DNA from: Patescibacteria group bacterium
GTDB taxonomy: Bacteria > Patescibacteriota > Patescibacteriia > 2-01-FULL-39-33
Direction: 5' to 3'
Assembly (NCBI GenBank): GCA_041649575.1
Contig: JBAZMW010000002.1
Location: forward strand, 180,001 to 212,000
Length of the DNA stretch: 32,000 bases
The position numbers were made by a program, and so were the translations under genes. Positions 15,621-24,612 of this stretch are shown here, one piece after another. The notes beneath the pieces were generated by a model. That model saw only the letters and a list, made by a program, of their open reading frames with translations, did not search any database and was not told the origin of the DNA. How positions within the stretch are numbered: the first letter of the stretch is position 1; every line of letters starts with the position of its first letter.

Positions 15621-16910
15621 TCAAGCTCGTTTTGTCAATTTATGGCTGATAGGCAGCCCAACCAGCAGGATTAAAATTATATCCAAATAAAATTCTTCGC
15701 GCATCAAATAATTGGTATAAATGCTCATAACCGTCACGAAGCTGAAATAAGCAAAAAGCATAACCGACAAAACAGTCGGTTTTTTGGTCACCCAGTTATA
15801 AATAACAGCCAAAAGCACTCCCCAAAAAATTGCCGCCACGATTATCCCCAGCCAGCCGAAATCTACCCAATAATTGAACAAAAAAGTCGCTGTCACCCAC
15901 CAGGGCAAAAACATTTCTTTCCAAGCAATGGCGCCGTTTAGCTCCGGAGCGCCGAAAATTTTTAAGAACGAATTGAAAGTCGATAAACCGTAACCGCCCC
16001 AGTGCCAATTAGCATAACTGAAATAATCGGTAGCCCTGAAAAACGCTTGCAGATTAAAGGCGGGAATCAAATAAAGCGGAATCAGGAAGTCGAGTTGGGC
16101 GGGCAGATTAAGTTTTGACAGGTCGGCCAAGTAGGTAAAAGCGTTGTAATCGACATCCGCATAATAATCGCGGTAAGTGATAAAATGTCTGAACATCGGT
16201 ATGGCCACAGAGATCACCAAGACCAAAATAAGCACCACCATCGAAGCCACAGCGATTTTGCGCCAATTGATTTTTTTAATCTTTATAATCAGATAACCGA
16301 AATAGCTCATCAGTATCGGTAAAATTATCACCAGGCGCGAGGCATAAAGCGACAAGAGCAAAAAGCCCAACAAAATGTTAATAAAAATTATTATTTTGAC
16401 CACCCGGCTTCTGCGGCCGCTCAAGAGGAAGATAAAAGCCAGAGGAATAATAATTCTGGGCAGTAGCGCGGCATATTCCCAAAGTCCGAAAACTTGTTTG
16501 TTGATAATAAAACGCATTTTGTCGGGAACCGACGAGAGTATCGGCAAAGTGCCAAAACGGCTGAAAATATAAGCGTTAGCCGCCAAACTCAGAATTGTTA
16601 AAATTAGAATCGTTATTAAAAATATTTTACTATTGGTCGTCTCTATTATCTGGCCAGCTTTAATTTTTCGGTTAGCCAACCGGCTGAAAATCACGTAACT
16701 CAAATAAAAAAGTAAAAAAAATAAGGCTAAAATCAGCCAGAATTTGCCGCTCCAGGCCGCTTCATACGGACTAAGCCGCAACTGCGCTACACCAATCGCC
16801 AGGAGCCACAGCGACAAGAGCAATTTGGCCGGGGAAAATTTATTGTTGCCAAAAAAATAGCTCAAACCGACGGCCATGCCCAAGATTATAAAAACAAAAA
16901 ATAGAACCAT
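15621..16910 (-). CDS. O-antigen/oligosaccharide repeat-unit polymerase (Wzy-like) multi-TM protein
   Basis: About 10-12 predicted TM segments; position inside the flippase/glycosyltransferase cluster. Confidence 0.65.
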   Translation of the reverse strand: MVLFFVFIILGMAVGLSYFFGNNKFSPAKLLLSLWLLAIGVAQLRLSPYEAAWSGKFWLILALFFLLFYLSYVIFSRLANRKIKAGQIIETTNSKIFLITILILTILSLAANAYIFSRFGTLPILSSVPDKMRFIINKQVFGLWEYAALLPRIIIPLAFIFLLSGRRSRVVKIIIFINILLGFLLLSLYASRLVIILPILMSYFGYLIIKIKKINWRKIAVASMVVLILVLVISVAIPMFRHFITYRDYYADVDYNAFTYLADLSKLNLPAQLDFLIPLYLIPAFNLQAFFRATDYFSYANWHWGGYGLSTFNSFLKIFGAPELNGAIAWKEMFLPWWVTATFLFNYWVDFGWLGIIVAAIFWGVLLAVIYNWVTKKPTVLSVMLFAYFSFVTVMSIYTNYLMREEFYLDIILILLVGLPISHKLTKRA

Positions 16911-16913
16911 AAA

Positions 16914-17687
16914 TCAATTTTTAAAACCATATTTTTTAAAATACAACCAAGCGCTTTTGAAAAACTGCCATTGCTTGTTTATCACGCCTTGCTGAGAAAA
17001 ACTCTGGCCGCCATGATGAATTATTTGCGCCTGGGGCGTGTAGAAAACCTGATAGCCTTTTTGTCTGGCCCGGCGGCAAAAATCAACTTCCTCAAACCAG
17101 ATAAAAAATCTTTCATCGAGCGGGCCAATCTCGCCGATAACCCTCTTGGGCAGCAGCATAAAAGCGCCCATTACCTGATCGACCGTCTGTTCTTTCTGAT
17201 AATCAAAATCCTTAGCCAGATAGCGGTTGACTGATTTAAAACTAAAAAACTTTGGCAGTTTTAGAAACAGCAGCAGTATCGGCCAAAGTCGCGGAAATCG
17301 CCGTACCGATGGCTGGACGCTTTTGTCGGAATTTAATAACTGGCAGCCCAAAATTCCTATCCGGGGATTATCTTTTATGATTGCCAAACATTTTTCTAAA
17401 CTTCCAGACAAAACTTCCGTATCGGGATTTAGCAGTAGAATAAATTCGCCCTGGGCTTCTTTCAGGGCTAGGTTGTTGGCCTTGGCAAAACCCAAGTTTT
17501 GTTTATTGGCTATCAGTTTCACCTCAGGGAATTTTTGCCTGACCGTTTCCACTGTGCCGTCTGAAGAAGCATTGTCTACTAATACGATTTCCCAACTCAA
17601 GCCAGCGCTGTTTTTGCTGATAGTTGTCAGGCATTTATTTAATAATTCTTTGACATTCCAGGAAACTATGACAATTGATAAATCCAT
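16914..17687 (-). CDS. Glycosyltransferase family 2 (rhamnosyltransferase-like)
   Basis: DLSIVIVSWNVKELLNKCL, LLNPDTEV, GAFMLLPKRVIGEIGPLDERFFIWFEEVDFCRRARQKGYQVFY. Confidence 0.9.
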   Translation of the reverse strand: MDLSIVIVSWNVKELLNKCLTTISKNSAGLSWEIVLVDNASSDGTVETVRQKFPEVKLIANKQNLGFAKANNLALKEAQGEFILLLNPDTEVLSGSLEKCLAIIKDNPRIGILGCQLLNSDKSVQPSVRRFPRLWPILLLFLKLPKFFSFKSVNRYLAKDFDYQKEQTVDQVMGAFMLLPKRVIGEIGPLDERFFIWFEEVDFCRRARQKGYQVFYTPQAQIIHHGGQSFSQQGVINKQWQFFKSAWLYFKKYGFKN

Positions 17688-17688
17688 A

Positions 17689-18372
17689 CTAAGTTAGTTG
17701 GTGTTTTTTTTGTATTAATTCTTTGGCTTTCAGATATTTTTCTTTATTTTTTGTTTTTACCGGCAACTGATAAATAAAACTGGGCAGCCAGTGGCTCATG
17801 GTGCCGCCGGTTTTAATTGTAAACAAAACCTCATCCAGCCAAATTCCCCGTCCGCCTCGCTCGCTGATGGTTAAAAACAAATCCCAGTCCTGAAATTTTT
17901 TTAAACTCTCGTCCCAACCAGGAAAAAACTTTCTTCTAATCAGCGAGGTGGAATGAATATAAGGAAGCTGTTTTAACTTTTCGGAGTCAAACGGCCAAAG
18001 TCTGAACTTCTTCCAGCCGAATTTAAACGAAGAATAAGCAAAAGCCGCTGACTCATCGTTTTCCAAAGCCGTCAGCATCTTTTCTAGGGCCGAGAGTTTC
18101 AGAATGATATCGGCATCGCAAAAAAACAAATACTGGCCGCCGCTTTCTTTAAAGCCGGCGTTTCTGGCCGCCGCCGCGCCTTTGTTTTCCTGGCGGATTA
18201 ATCTGATCCCCTCTTGCCAGGGAGCTACGGCCGTAGCGATAGCCTCTTTTGATCCATCGTCGACAATGATCAGCTCGAAATCCCTAAAAGTCTGGCTAAA
18301 AAGACTAACCAAACACTTCTGGAGCGACTTGGCCTGGTTGTAAACAGGTATAATGATGCTAATTTTTGGCAT
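17689..18372 (-). CDS. Glycosyltransferase family 2
   Basis: KISIIIPVYNQAKSLQKCLVSLFSQTFRDFELIIVDDGS, GAAAARNAGFKESGGQYLFFCDADI. Confidence 0.9.
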   Translation of the reverse strand: MPKISIIIPVYNQAKSLQKCLVSLFSQTFRDFELIIVDDGSKEAIATAVAPWQEGIRLIRQENKGAAAARNAGFKESGGQYLFFCDADIILKLSALEKMLTALENDESAAFAYSSFKFGWKKFRLWPFDSEKLKQLPYIHSTSLIRRKFFPGWDESLKKFQDWDLFLTISERGGRGIWLDEVLFTIKTGGTMSHWLPSFIYQLPVKTKNKEKYLKAKELIQKKHQLT

Positions 18373-19216
18373 TCTGTTTGTATTTTAAATAACCCCGGAC
18401 AGCGCCCATAAAATGATACCAGCCTCCCAGCTTGGCTATCATTTTGACCTTAAGTCTGTCTGATAAAGACGGCTTTTGGAATGGAGTAAAACTATTTAAA
18501 CTGTCACCGCTCTTGATTTTTTGATAGTTAAAAATTAAATCGCCAAAGTTTTTTATCTCTTTGATTTTTAAATAAGCTGTTTTTTCGCCGAATTTCCTTT
18601 GTTTGTCAAGATAATTTTTTATACTACTGGCGTAATCATGATAAATTATTACATCGGGATAATACCTTATTTTGTATTCTTTTCGACAACGGCCAATAAA
18701 TTCCCGGCCCTCATGGCCATAATCAAGATTGGCGTCGAACAAGCCTACTTTAGCAAAAACTTCGCGCTTAATGGCGCAATTACCCTCGAGCAGCACTGGC
18801 GATTCAGTCGGCTGGTCTCCCTGATAATAATGAGGCGCAAAGTATTGCCAAAGATTATTATTTAACGGTTTGACTCGGCCGGTAATTATCGCTTCGTGGA
18901 GCATAATTTCGCTGATGTTTTTTAGCCAGTTTTTGTCGGCCAAGGCGTCGTCGTCAAAAAAAACAATTATTTCTCCGCCAGAATTTTTAACGCCACTGTT
19001 TCTGGCCTGCGACACGCCGCCGTGTTCTTCCTTTAAATATTTCAAACTCAACCTATCTTTAAACTGCTTGGCTGTTTTTTCCGTGTCATCAATACTGCCG
19101 TCATCGACAACTATCACCTCGAATTTCTCCTTGGCAAAATCCTGCTCTACCAAGCTTGCCAGAGCCTTGGATAAATAGTTGGCCCGATTATAAGTTGGAA
19201 TCACTACTGACAGCAT
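18359..19216 (-). CDS. Glycosyltransferase family 2
   Basis: LSVVIPTYNRANYLSKALASLVEQ, VIVVDDGSIDDTEK, IIVFFDDDALAD; overlaps both neighbours, suggesting translational coupling. Confidence 0.9.
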   Translation of the reverse strand: MLSVVIPTYNRANYLSKALASLVEQDFAKEKFEVIVVDDGSIDDTEKTAKQFKDRLSLKYLKEEHGGVSQARNSGVKNSGGEIIVFFDDDALADKNWLKNISEIMLHEAIITGRVKPLNNNLWQYFAPHYYQGDQPTESPVLLEGNCAIKREVFAKVGLFDANLDYGHEGREFIGRCRKEYKIRYYPDVIIYHDYASSIKNYLDKQRKFGEKTAYLKIKEIKNFGDLIFNYQKIKSGDSLNSFTPFQKPSLSDRLKVKMIAKLGGWYHFMGAVRGYLKYKQNAKN

Positions 19217-20654
19217 TTTCTTTTTTGAATAATAATGATTTAGTCTGCATGATATCTTTTTTTGAAAAACCCCCCACCAGTACCAGCGTAACCAGATAAA
19301 CCAGTGCTCCTAGCGGCGCAGTTATTACAAAAGACCAATAACCTTTTAGCCACACAACCACCAGACTCATCACCAGACAGCTAAAGGTTATTTTGGCAAA
19401 AGAAATCAATAAATATTTTTTATCATATTTGACGATTTTTTCAATCACCACTATGCCCAGAGCAAACAAAACAACATAACTGATCAAAGCGGCTACGGCA
19501 GCCCCATTATAACCGTAAAGCGGTATTAGAATTAAATTTAAAATTATATTCAAAACGGCGATAATGCCCAGATGAACGGTGTTTCTGGTTTGTTTGTCGC
19601 AGGCGTTGAGCATGGCGCCTATCGGAAAGCACAAAAAAACCAAAACCAAAGAAGAAATCAGGATTTGCAAAGGCAAAATCGCCCCTTGATATTCTTGGCC
19701 GAAAATCGGCGGCAGGAATTTATCCGCCAGAACAATTACCCCGAAAGATATGGGCAAAGAAATCAACATCAGAAAATACATCGATTTGGCGAAAGTTTTA
19801 GACAACAATTCCTTGGAAGCGACAAAATATCTGCAAAAAGCCGGATAAATGCTGGCCGAAAAAGCCACGGCTACAAACTGCAGGGCAAAAGTGATTTTGT
19901 AAGCCACGCTATAGAGGCCAACCGCTTTATCATTAGCCAGCTTGGACAATAACACGATATCCATCGAAGAATAAATTCTGATAAAAAATCCGGCGATGGC
20001 AAAAGGCAGAGCCAGCCGAAAGAGTTCTTTGATTATTTTTTTATCAAATCGGAAAATGGTTAGAATTTTTAATTTTATTTTCAAAAATAGCGCGGCATAA
20101 AAAAAGTTGAACAGACTGCCCAGTAGATAAGCGCCCATCAAAATTACCAAGCCCAACTGCAATTTTATAATTACCAGTCCCGCCCCCAAAACGATCAGTT
20201 GGTTTAAAATCACACCGTAGCTCTCGAATCTCAAGTTTTGGTGGCCGCGTAAAATGCCGTAAAAACTCAAGGCGAATGAATCCAAAAGCATCACAAAACC
20301 GGAAACATAAACTAATTGTTTGGTGATTTCCGGATAACCCATCAGATTGATAACCACTATTACCAAAGCATAAATTATTACCGACCCAAGAAGCTTGAGG
20401 CCCAGGACATTGGCCAGGTATTTTTGAGAATTTTTTATATCCCGGGCGCTTTCTCGAATAAGTATTTGCGTCAGACCAAAATCGAGAAACATGGCAAAAA
20501 TAGTGGTAAAACTCAAAGCGAAAGAATATTTGCCGGTGTTTTCCACGCCGATGCTTCGCGCTACCAGAATAAAATATACAAAAGAAAGAATCTTTTGTAT
20601 GGTTAGGGCGGCAGTAAAAAAAGTAGTATTTTTGACGAGGTTGCTGCTAGACAT
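19188..20654 (-). CDS. Polysaccharide flippase (Wzx/PST family)
   Basis: Multi-TM, NTTFFTAALTIQKILSFVYFILVARSIGVENTGKYSFALSFTTIFAMFLDFGLTQILIRE. Confidence 0.88.
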   Translation of the reverse strand: MSSSNLVKNTTFFTAALTIQKILSFVYFILVARSIGVENTGKYSFALSFTTIFAMFLDFGLTQILIRESARDIKNSQKYLANVLGLKLLGSVIIYALVIVVINLMGYPEITKQLVYVSGFVMLLDSFALSFYGILRGHQNLRFESYGVILNQLIVLGAGLVIIKLQLGLVILMGAYLLGSLFNFFYAALFLKIKLKILTIFRFDKKIIKELFRLALPFAIAGFFIRIYSSMDIVLLSKLANDKAVGLYSVAYKITFALQFVAVAFSASIYPAFCRYFVASKELLSKTFAKSMYFLMLISLPISFGVIVLADKFLPPIFGQEYQGAILPLQILISSLVLVFLCFPIGAMLNACDKQTRNTVHLGIIAVLNIILNLILIPLYGYNGAAVAALISYVVLFALGIVVIEKIVKYDKKYLLISFAKITFSCLVMSLVVVWLKGYWSFVITAPLGALVYLVTLVLVGGFSKKDIMQTKSLLFKKENAVSSDSNL

Positions 20655-20682
20655 GCGGTTGATTATAATAAGCTAACTTTCC

Positions 20683-21381
20683 TTAACCAAAATAGATATT
20701 TTTCAACTCTTTATTATTTAAGATGTCTTTATTTCCCTCAAGCGCCACTTGACCATTTTCTAAAACATAAGTCCGATTGGCCAGCTCTACGGCCTGTCTG
20801 GCATTTTGTTCAACAATCATAATCGAAACACCGGTGCTACTTATTTGTTTTATAGTAACAAAAATTTCTTTCATGGCTCTTGGAGATAAACCTAGCGACG
20901 GTTCGTCTAAAAGCAATAATTGCGGGCTCTGTATTAACGCTCGGCTAATGGCCAAAAGTTGCTGTTGACCTCCCGATAGATTAGCGGTTCTTTGTTTTTG
21001 TTTTTCTTTTAAAATTGGGAATTGATTAAAAATCTTTTTTATTTTCTCAGCCACGCTTTTTCTGTCTTTAAAAATAAATGCCCCCATTTCTAAATTCTCT
21101 TTTACGGTCATATTGCCAAAAACTTGCCGACCCTGTGGAACATAGCTTATACCTAATTCAATTAGTTTGTAGGTGGGAATCTTGGTGATTTCCCGATCAT
21201 TCCAGATTATTTGGCCAGCATAAATATCGCACTGGTTGAAAATGCTTTTTAGAACCGTGGATTTACCAGCCCCATTGGGTCCGATTATGGCCACTATCTC
21301 CCCTTCTTTGACTGTAATATCAACACCAAAGAGAATTTGCAGTTTTTCGTAGCCGGATTCGATTTTTTTTAGCTCCAACAT
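20683..21381 (-). CDS. livF: Branched-chain amino-acid-type ABC transporter ATP-binding protein LivF
   Basis: Walker A GPNGAGKST, LSGGQQQLLAISRALIQSPQLLLLDEPSLGLSP; LivF-type ELGISYVPQGRQVFGNMTVKENLEMGAF. Confidence 0.92.
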   Translation of the reverse strand: MLELKKIESGYEKLQILFGVDITVKEGEIVAIIGPNGAGKSTVLKSIFNQCDIYAGQIIWNDREITKIPTYKLIELGISYVPQGRQVFGNMTVKENLEMGAFIFKDRKSVAEKIKKIFNQFPILKEKQKQRTANLSGGQQQLLAISRALIQSPQLLLLDEPSLGLSPRAMKEIFVTIKQISSTGVSIMIVEQNARQAVELANRTYVLENGQVALEGNKDILNNKELKNIYFG

Positions 21382-21416
21382 GCTTTTATCTTAGCAAAAT
21401 TTCTATAATTTTAAAA

Positions 21417-21435
21417 CCCCGCCACGGGGGCGGGG
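21417..21435 (-). terminator. Hairpin terminator between the 21451..22602 gene and livF
   Basis: CCCCGCC-loop-GGCGGGG followed on the minus strand by TTTTAAAA. Confidence 0.65.
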
Positions 21436-21450
21436 CTTAGGACTAACTTA

Positions 21451-22602
21451 TTAGTTTTGATAAGGCACGAATTGGCCGTTTTTGATTTGTTGCATCATAG
21501 AAGTCATGTGGGAGTCGCCATTACTGTCGATAGTGATGGGTCCACTGACGCCATCATAATTTTTTACCCCATACAGGTAGTTTTTTACGCCATCAGGATT
21601 ATAGCCGCTACTCTTTATGGCGTTTAGTAACAGATTAGTGCCATCATAGGAATTGGCCACGGCGCTCATAATCGGCGGATCTTGATTGTAGGCGGAGATG
21701 TATTTTGTTTTGAGGTCTTTGACTTTTTGATTTTGATCATCTAGGGCGGAGGTGATAAAAATTGCTCCTTCGGCGGCGCTGTCGCCGGCTGTCACCACTT
21801 CTTTGACACCAAAATTGTCAGAGCCAATAATTTGAGCATTAATTCCCAGCTCTCTGGCTTGTTTGGCGATCAATCCCCCTTCGCTGCCATAACTTATAAT
21901 CACTAATGATGTCGGATTTTTTTCTTTTATTTTTGTCAGGGCGGTTCGGAAGTCAGTCGCTTCCGGCAAGTAGGTTTCGGCATCTAAAATTTTTCCGCCG
22001 CTAGCTTCATAGGTGCTTTTAAAATTATCGAAAAAACCGACGCCGTAGTCATTGCTGGCATAAATGACGGCCACCTCTGGAGTGTTTAACTGGTGGTAAA
22101 GAAAATCGGCCAGATTAGCGCCTTGCACCGCGTCAGAAATGCAAGTCCGAAAAATATAATTGCCAGCTTGGGAGATTTTGGCAGCTGAAGCCAGCGTGGT
22201 CAGTAGGATAACCTTACTTTGTTCAGCAATGGGAGCTGTGGCCAAGACCGACCCGGAACAGCCAACCATGGTGGCTTTGACTTTATCAACACTGATTAAT
22301 TTATTAAAAGCAGTGACGGCCTCGGTTTTGTCGCAAGTCTTATTATCCTCAAAAATCAATTGGATTTGTTGGCCATTTATTCCGCCGCGATCGTTCCATT
22401 CTTTGACGGCGATTTCTATACCACCCTTCATTGATCCACCCCAATTAACTAAGTCACCAGTCAGCGGCGCAATCACCCCGATTTTTATAGGCTCGGTATC
22501 TTGCGAATTAGCTTTGTTGGTGAGTGCCAAGGCATAGCCAATGATGGCGATAATCACCACCAGAGCAATTATCAGCCAGATAATTTTTGTTTTCTTTGAC
22601 AT
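21451..22602 (-). CDS. Liv-type substrate-binding protein (paralog 1)
   Basis: IKIGVIAPLTGDLVNWGGSMKGGIEIAVKEWNDRGGINGQQIQLIFEDNKTCDKTEAV; Cys pair NKTC...VGCSGS as in LivJ/K-like receptors. Confidence 0.9.
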   Translation of the reverse strand: MSKKTKIIWLIIALVVIIAIIGYALALTNKANSQDTEPIKIGVIAPLTGDLVNWGGSMKGGIEIAVKEWNDRGGINGQQIQLIFEDNKTCDKTEAVTAFNKLISVDKVKATMVGCSGSVLATAPIAEQSKVILLTTLASAAKISQAGNYIFRTCISDAVQGANLADFLYHQLNTPEVAVIYASNDYGVGFFDNFKSTYEASGGKILDAETYLPEATDFRTALTKIKEKNPTSLVIISYGSEGGLIAKQARELGINAQIIGSDNFGVKEVVTAGDSAAEGAIFITSALDDQNQKVKDLKTKYISAYNQDPPIMSAVANSYDGTNLLLNAIKSSGYNPDGVKNYLYGVKNYDGVSGPITIDSNGDSHMTSMMQQIKNGQFVPYQN

Positions 22603-22624
22603 GGTTCTTGGGATATTTTATTTG

Positions 22625-22638
22625 TCTTGAATTCAAGA
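22625..22638. promoter_or_regulatory. 14-bp perfect palindrome TCTTGAATTCAAGA, candidate operator
   Basis: Perfect dyad in the divergent intergenic region between the substrate-binding protein and TrmB-like genes. Confidence 0.4.
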
Positions 22639-22701
22639 ATAATGAAATATGGGACTTATCGTCAATTTATATTACAGAAATTTAGTGATATTTTAGCTAA
22701 T

Positions 22702-22730
22702 TTGACAAATATTTAGCTATATTATATAAT
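22702..22730 (+). promoter_or_regulatory. Sigma70 promoter for the TrmB-like gene
   Basis: TTGACA-N17-TATAAT, flanked by inverted TTACAGA/TCTGTAA. Confidence 0.7.
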
Positions 22731-22755
22731 ATCTGTAAATATTTTTTACAACAAT

Positions 22756-23487
22756 ATGCTGGACAAAATTATTGATTATTTCAATTTAGAAGAAAAAGAA
22801 GCCAAAGTCTATCTGGCTGCTCTGGAATTGGGCAATTCTAAGGTCAGTGAAATAGCCAAAAAAGCCGGTTTAAATCGCATTACGGCTTATGAAATTTTGA
22901 AACGATTAAGACAAAAGGGGTTGGCCGTGAGCTTAACTAGAAATAACGTTTTGACTTTTCGGGTGATTGATCCTGAAAAAGTTATTAAGAAAATGGAAAG
23001 CAAGTTATCCTTGTCTCGGGAGCTTTTGCCGGCGCTGGTGCTACTAAAAAATAACAGCGGCAAAAAGCCGAAGATCGAGTACTTTGACGGTCGTGAAGGA
23101 TTAAGGGCTTTGTGCAACGATTCCTTAAACTGTCAAGAAAAAATAATTTATGATTTGGCGGAACCCACCAATCTGTTGAAAACTATCGGCGAGGATTTTT
23201 TTAATTCTTTTGTCAGACAAAGAGTCAAAAAAGGAATAAAGGTCAAGTTGTTGCTGCCTAAAAACAAAGAGAACAAAAAATATCTCGGGGTAGTAAAAAG
23301 AGATTTAAGAGAATTAAGATTTATTGATGATGATTTGTATCCCAATGAGTTTTATATTTATGACAATAAAGTCGCCATACTCTCCTTCTCCGGCAAGATG
23401 GGAGTATTAATTGAAGACGAGGAAATCGCCAAATCAATGAAGTCCATCTGGAGATTCTTATGGAATCACTCTGACAAAAATTTTTAA
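22756..23487 (+). CDS. TrmB-family transcriptional regulator
   Basis: N-terminal winged HTH FNLEEKEAKVYLAALELGNSKVSEIAKKAGLNRITAYEILKRLRQKGLAV, followed by IEYFDGREGLRAL typical of TrmB-like regulators. Confidence 0.85.
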   Translation: MLDKIIDYFNLEEKEAKVYLAALELGNSKVSEIAKKAGLNRITAYEILKRLRQKGLAVSLTRNNVLTFRVIDPEKVIKKMESKLSLSRELLPALVLLKNNSGKKPKIEYFDGREGLRALCNDSLNCQEKIIYDLAEPTNLLKTIGEDFFNSFVRQRVKKGIKVKLLLPKNKENKKYLGVVKRDLRELRFIDDDLYPNEFYIYDNKVAILSFSGKMGVLIEDEEIAKSMKSIWRFLWNHSDKNF

Positions 23488-23490
23488 CTT

Positions 23491-23519
23491 AAAACACCCG
23501 CCAATGAGGCGGGTGTTTT
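23491..23519. terminator. Bidirectional terminator
   Basis: AAAACACCCGCC-AATGA-GGCGGGTGTTTT between convergent genes. Confidence 0.85.
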
Positions 23520-23538
23520 AAGAATATGTGGTTTTTAA

Positions 23539-24588
23539 CTAATTTACCTTCTCCAGATACATCGGAATAACAATATCATTATTTGTAATATCTTTGGCTA
23601 CTCCAGTCACGCCACTGACTTCTTTTTTGTTGGTCAGACAGCTTTCAATACTATCTTTGGGACAAGTGGCCAAAAGGTTGACAATATCAAAACCAAAGGC
23701 GGCCACGAAGTTGGGTTCTTTGCCATATTTGGCTTTGTATCTGGTTTTGAACTGCTCGCTATTACCGGGAATAGAAAAAGCAAATTGATTGGTGTAGAAA
23801 GTCATTTTGGGAGCTTTGGCTTGCGTTTCCGGATCGGATTGGACATTAGAGACTTCAACTATCGGGATATTAAACTTTAATTCTTCTATTTTTTTCAAAA
23901 TGCCCAGTGATTCGCTTGGTGGTGTTGGGACGAATAACAGAGCTTCCGGTCCAGCGTCTTTGGCCTTACTAACGATGGTGGAAAAGTCAGTCGTGTTGGG
24001 AACATATGATTCCATGAAGACTATCTTTTTGCCGGATTCATCACAGAGTTGTTTGATTTTGTCAGCCACCGATTGGGCATACTCGTCTTTTCTGTAGATG
24101 ACTGCTATTTTCTTGACGTTTTTGAGCGGTGAAATGTCTGATTCAAATGATGGCGTGGCAAAATGACTGGCGTCGGTATAATATCTGAAAGCATAATCAT
24201 TAGTAATATTGTTAGCCGCGCTTTGAGTGATAACCATGGGAATTTTGTCCTCTTTGGCGAGTGAGGCCAGCGGCACGCTGACAATACTAAGAGCTGTCAC
24301 AAAAACATCCGGCTTTTGGAGTTTTAGTTTTTGATAGGCGGTCAAACCATCGGCGGCAGCGCCTTTGCTATCCTCATAGGTGACGGCAAGATTGGGGTGG
24401 TCTTCCAGCGCTAGATCCATGCCGTTCTTGACACTTTCGCCCCAGATGGCCGATGGGCCGCTTAGAGCCAAAATGGCTCCGATTTGGGTTTTATCATCAC
24501 TGGTAGCAGCTTTATTGCCCAAGCCACAGCCGGCTAACACTACGCTTGCCATTAAGGCAACGACAATAATCAAAAATTTTGTTTTCAT
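23539..24588 (-). CDS. Liv-type substrate-binding lipoprotein (paralog 2, divergent)
   Basis: Lipobox VVLAGC; IGAILALSGPSAIWGESVKNGMDLALED; lacks the Cys pair found in the other three. Confidence 0.88.
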   Translation of the reverse strand: MKTKFLIIVVALMASVVLAGCGLGNKAATSDDKTQIGAILALSGPSAIWGESVKNGMDLALEDHPNLAVTYEDSKGAAADGLTAYQKLKLQKPDVFVTALSIVSVPLASLAKEDKIPMVITQSAANNITNDYAFRYYTDASHFATPSFESDISPLKNVKKIAVIYRKDEYAQSVADKIKQLCDESGKKIVFMESYVPNTTDFSTIVSKAKDAGPEALLFVPTPPSESLGILKKIEELKFNIPIVEVSNVQSDPETQAKAPKMTFYTNQFAFSIPGNSEQFKTRYKAKYGKEPNFVAAFGFDIVNLLATCPKDSIESCLTNKKEVSGVTGVAKDITNNDIVIPMYLEKVN

Positions 24589-24612
24589 ACGACGTTTTAT
24601 TATTGTTTAGTT

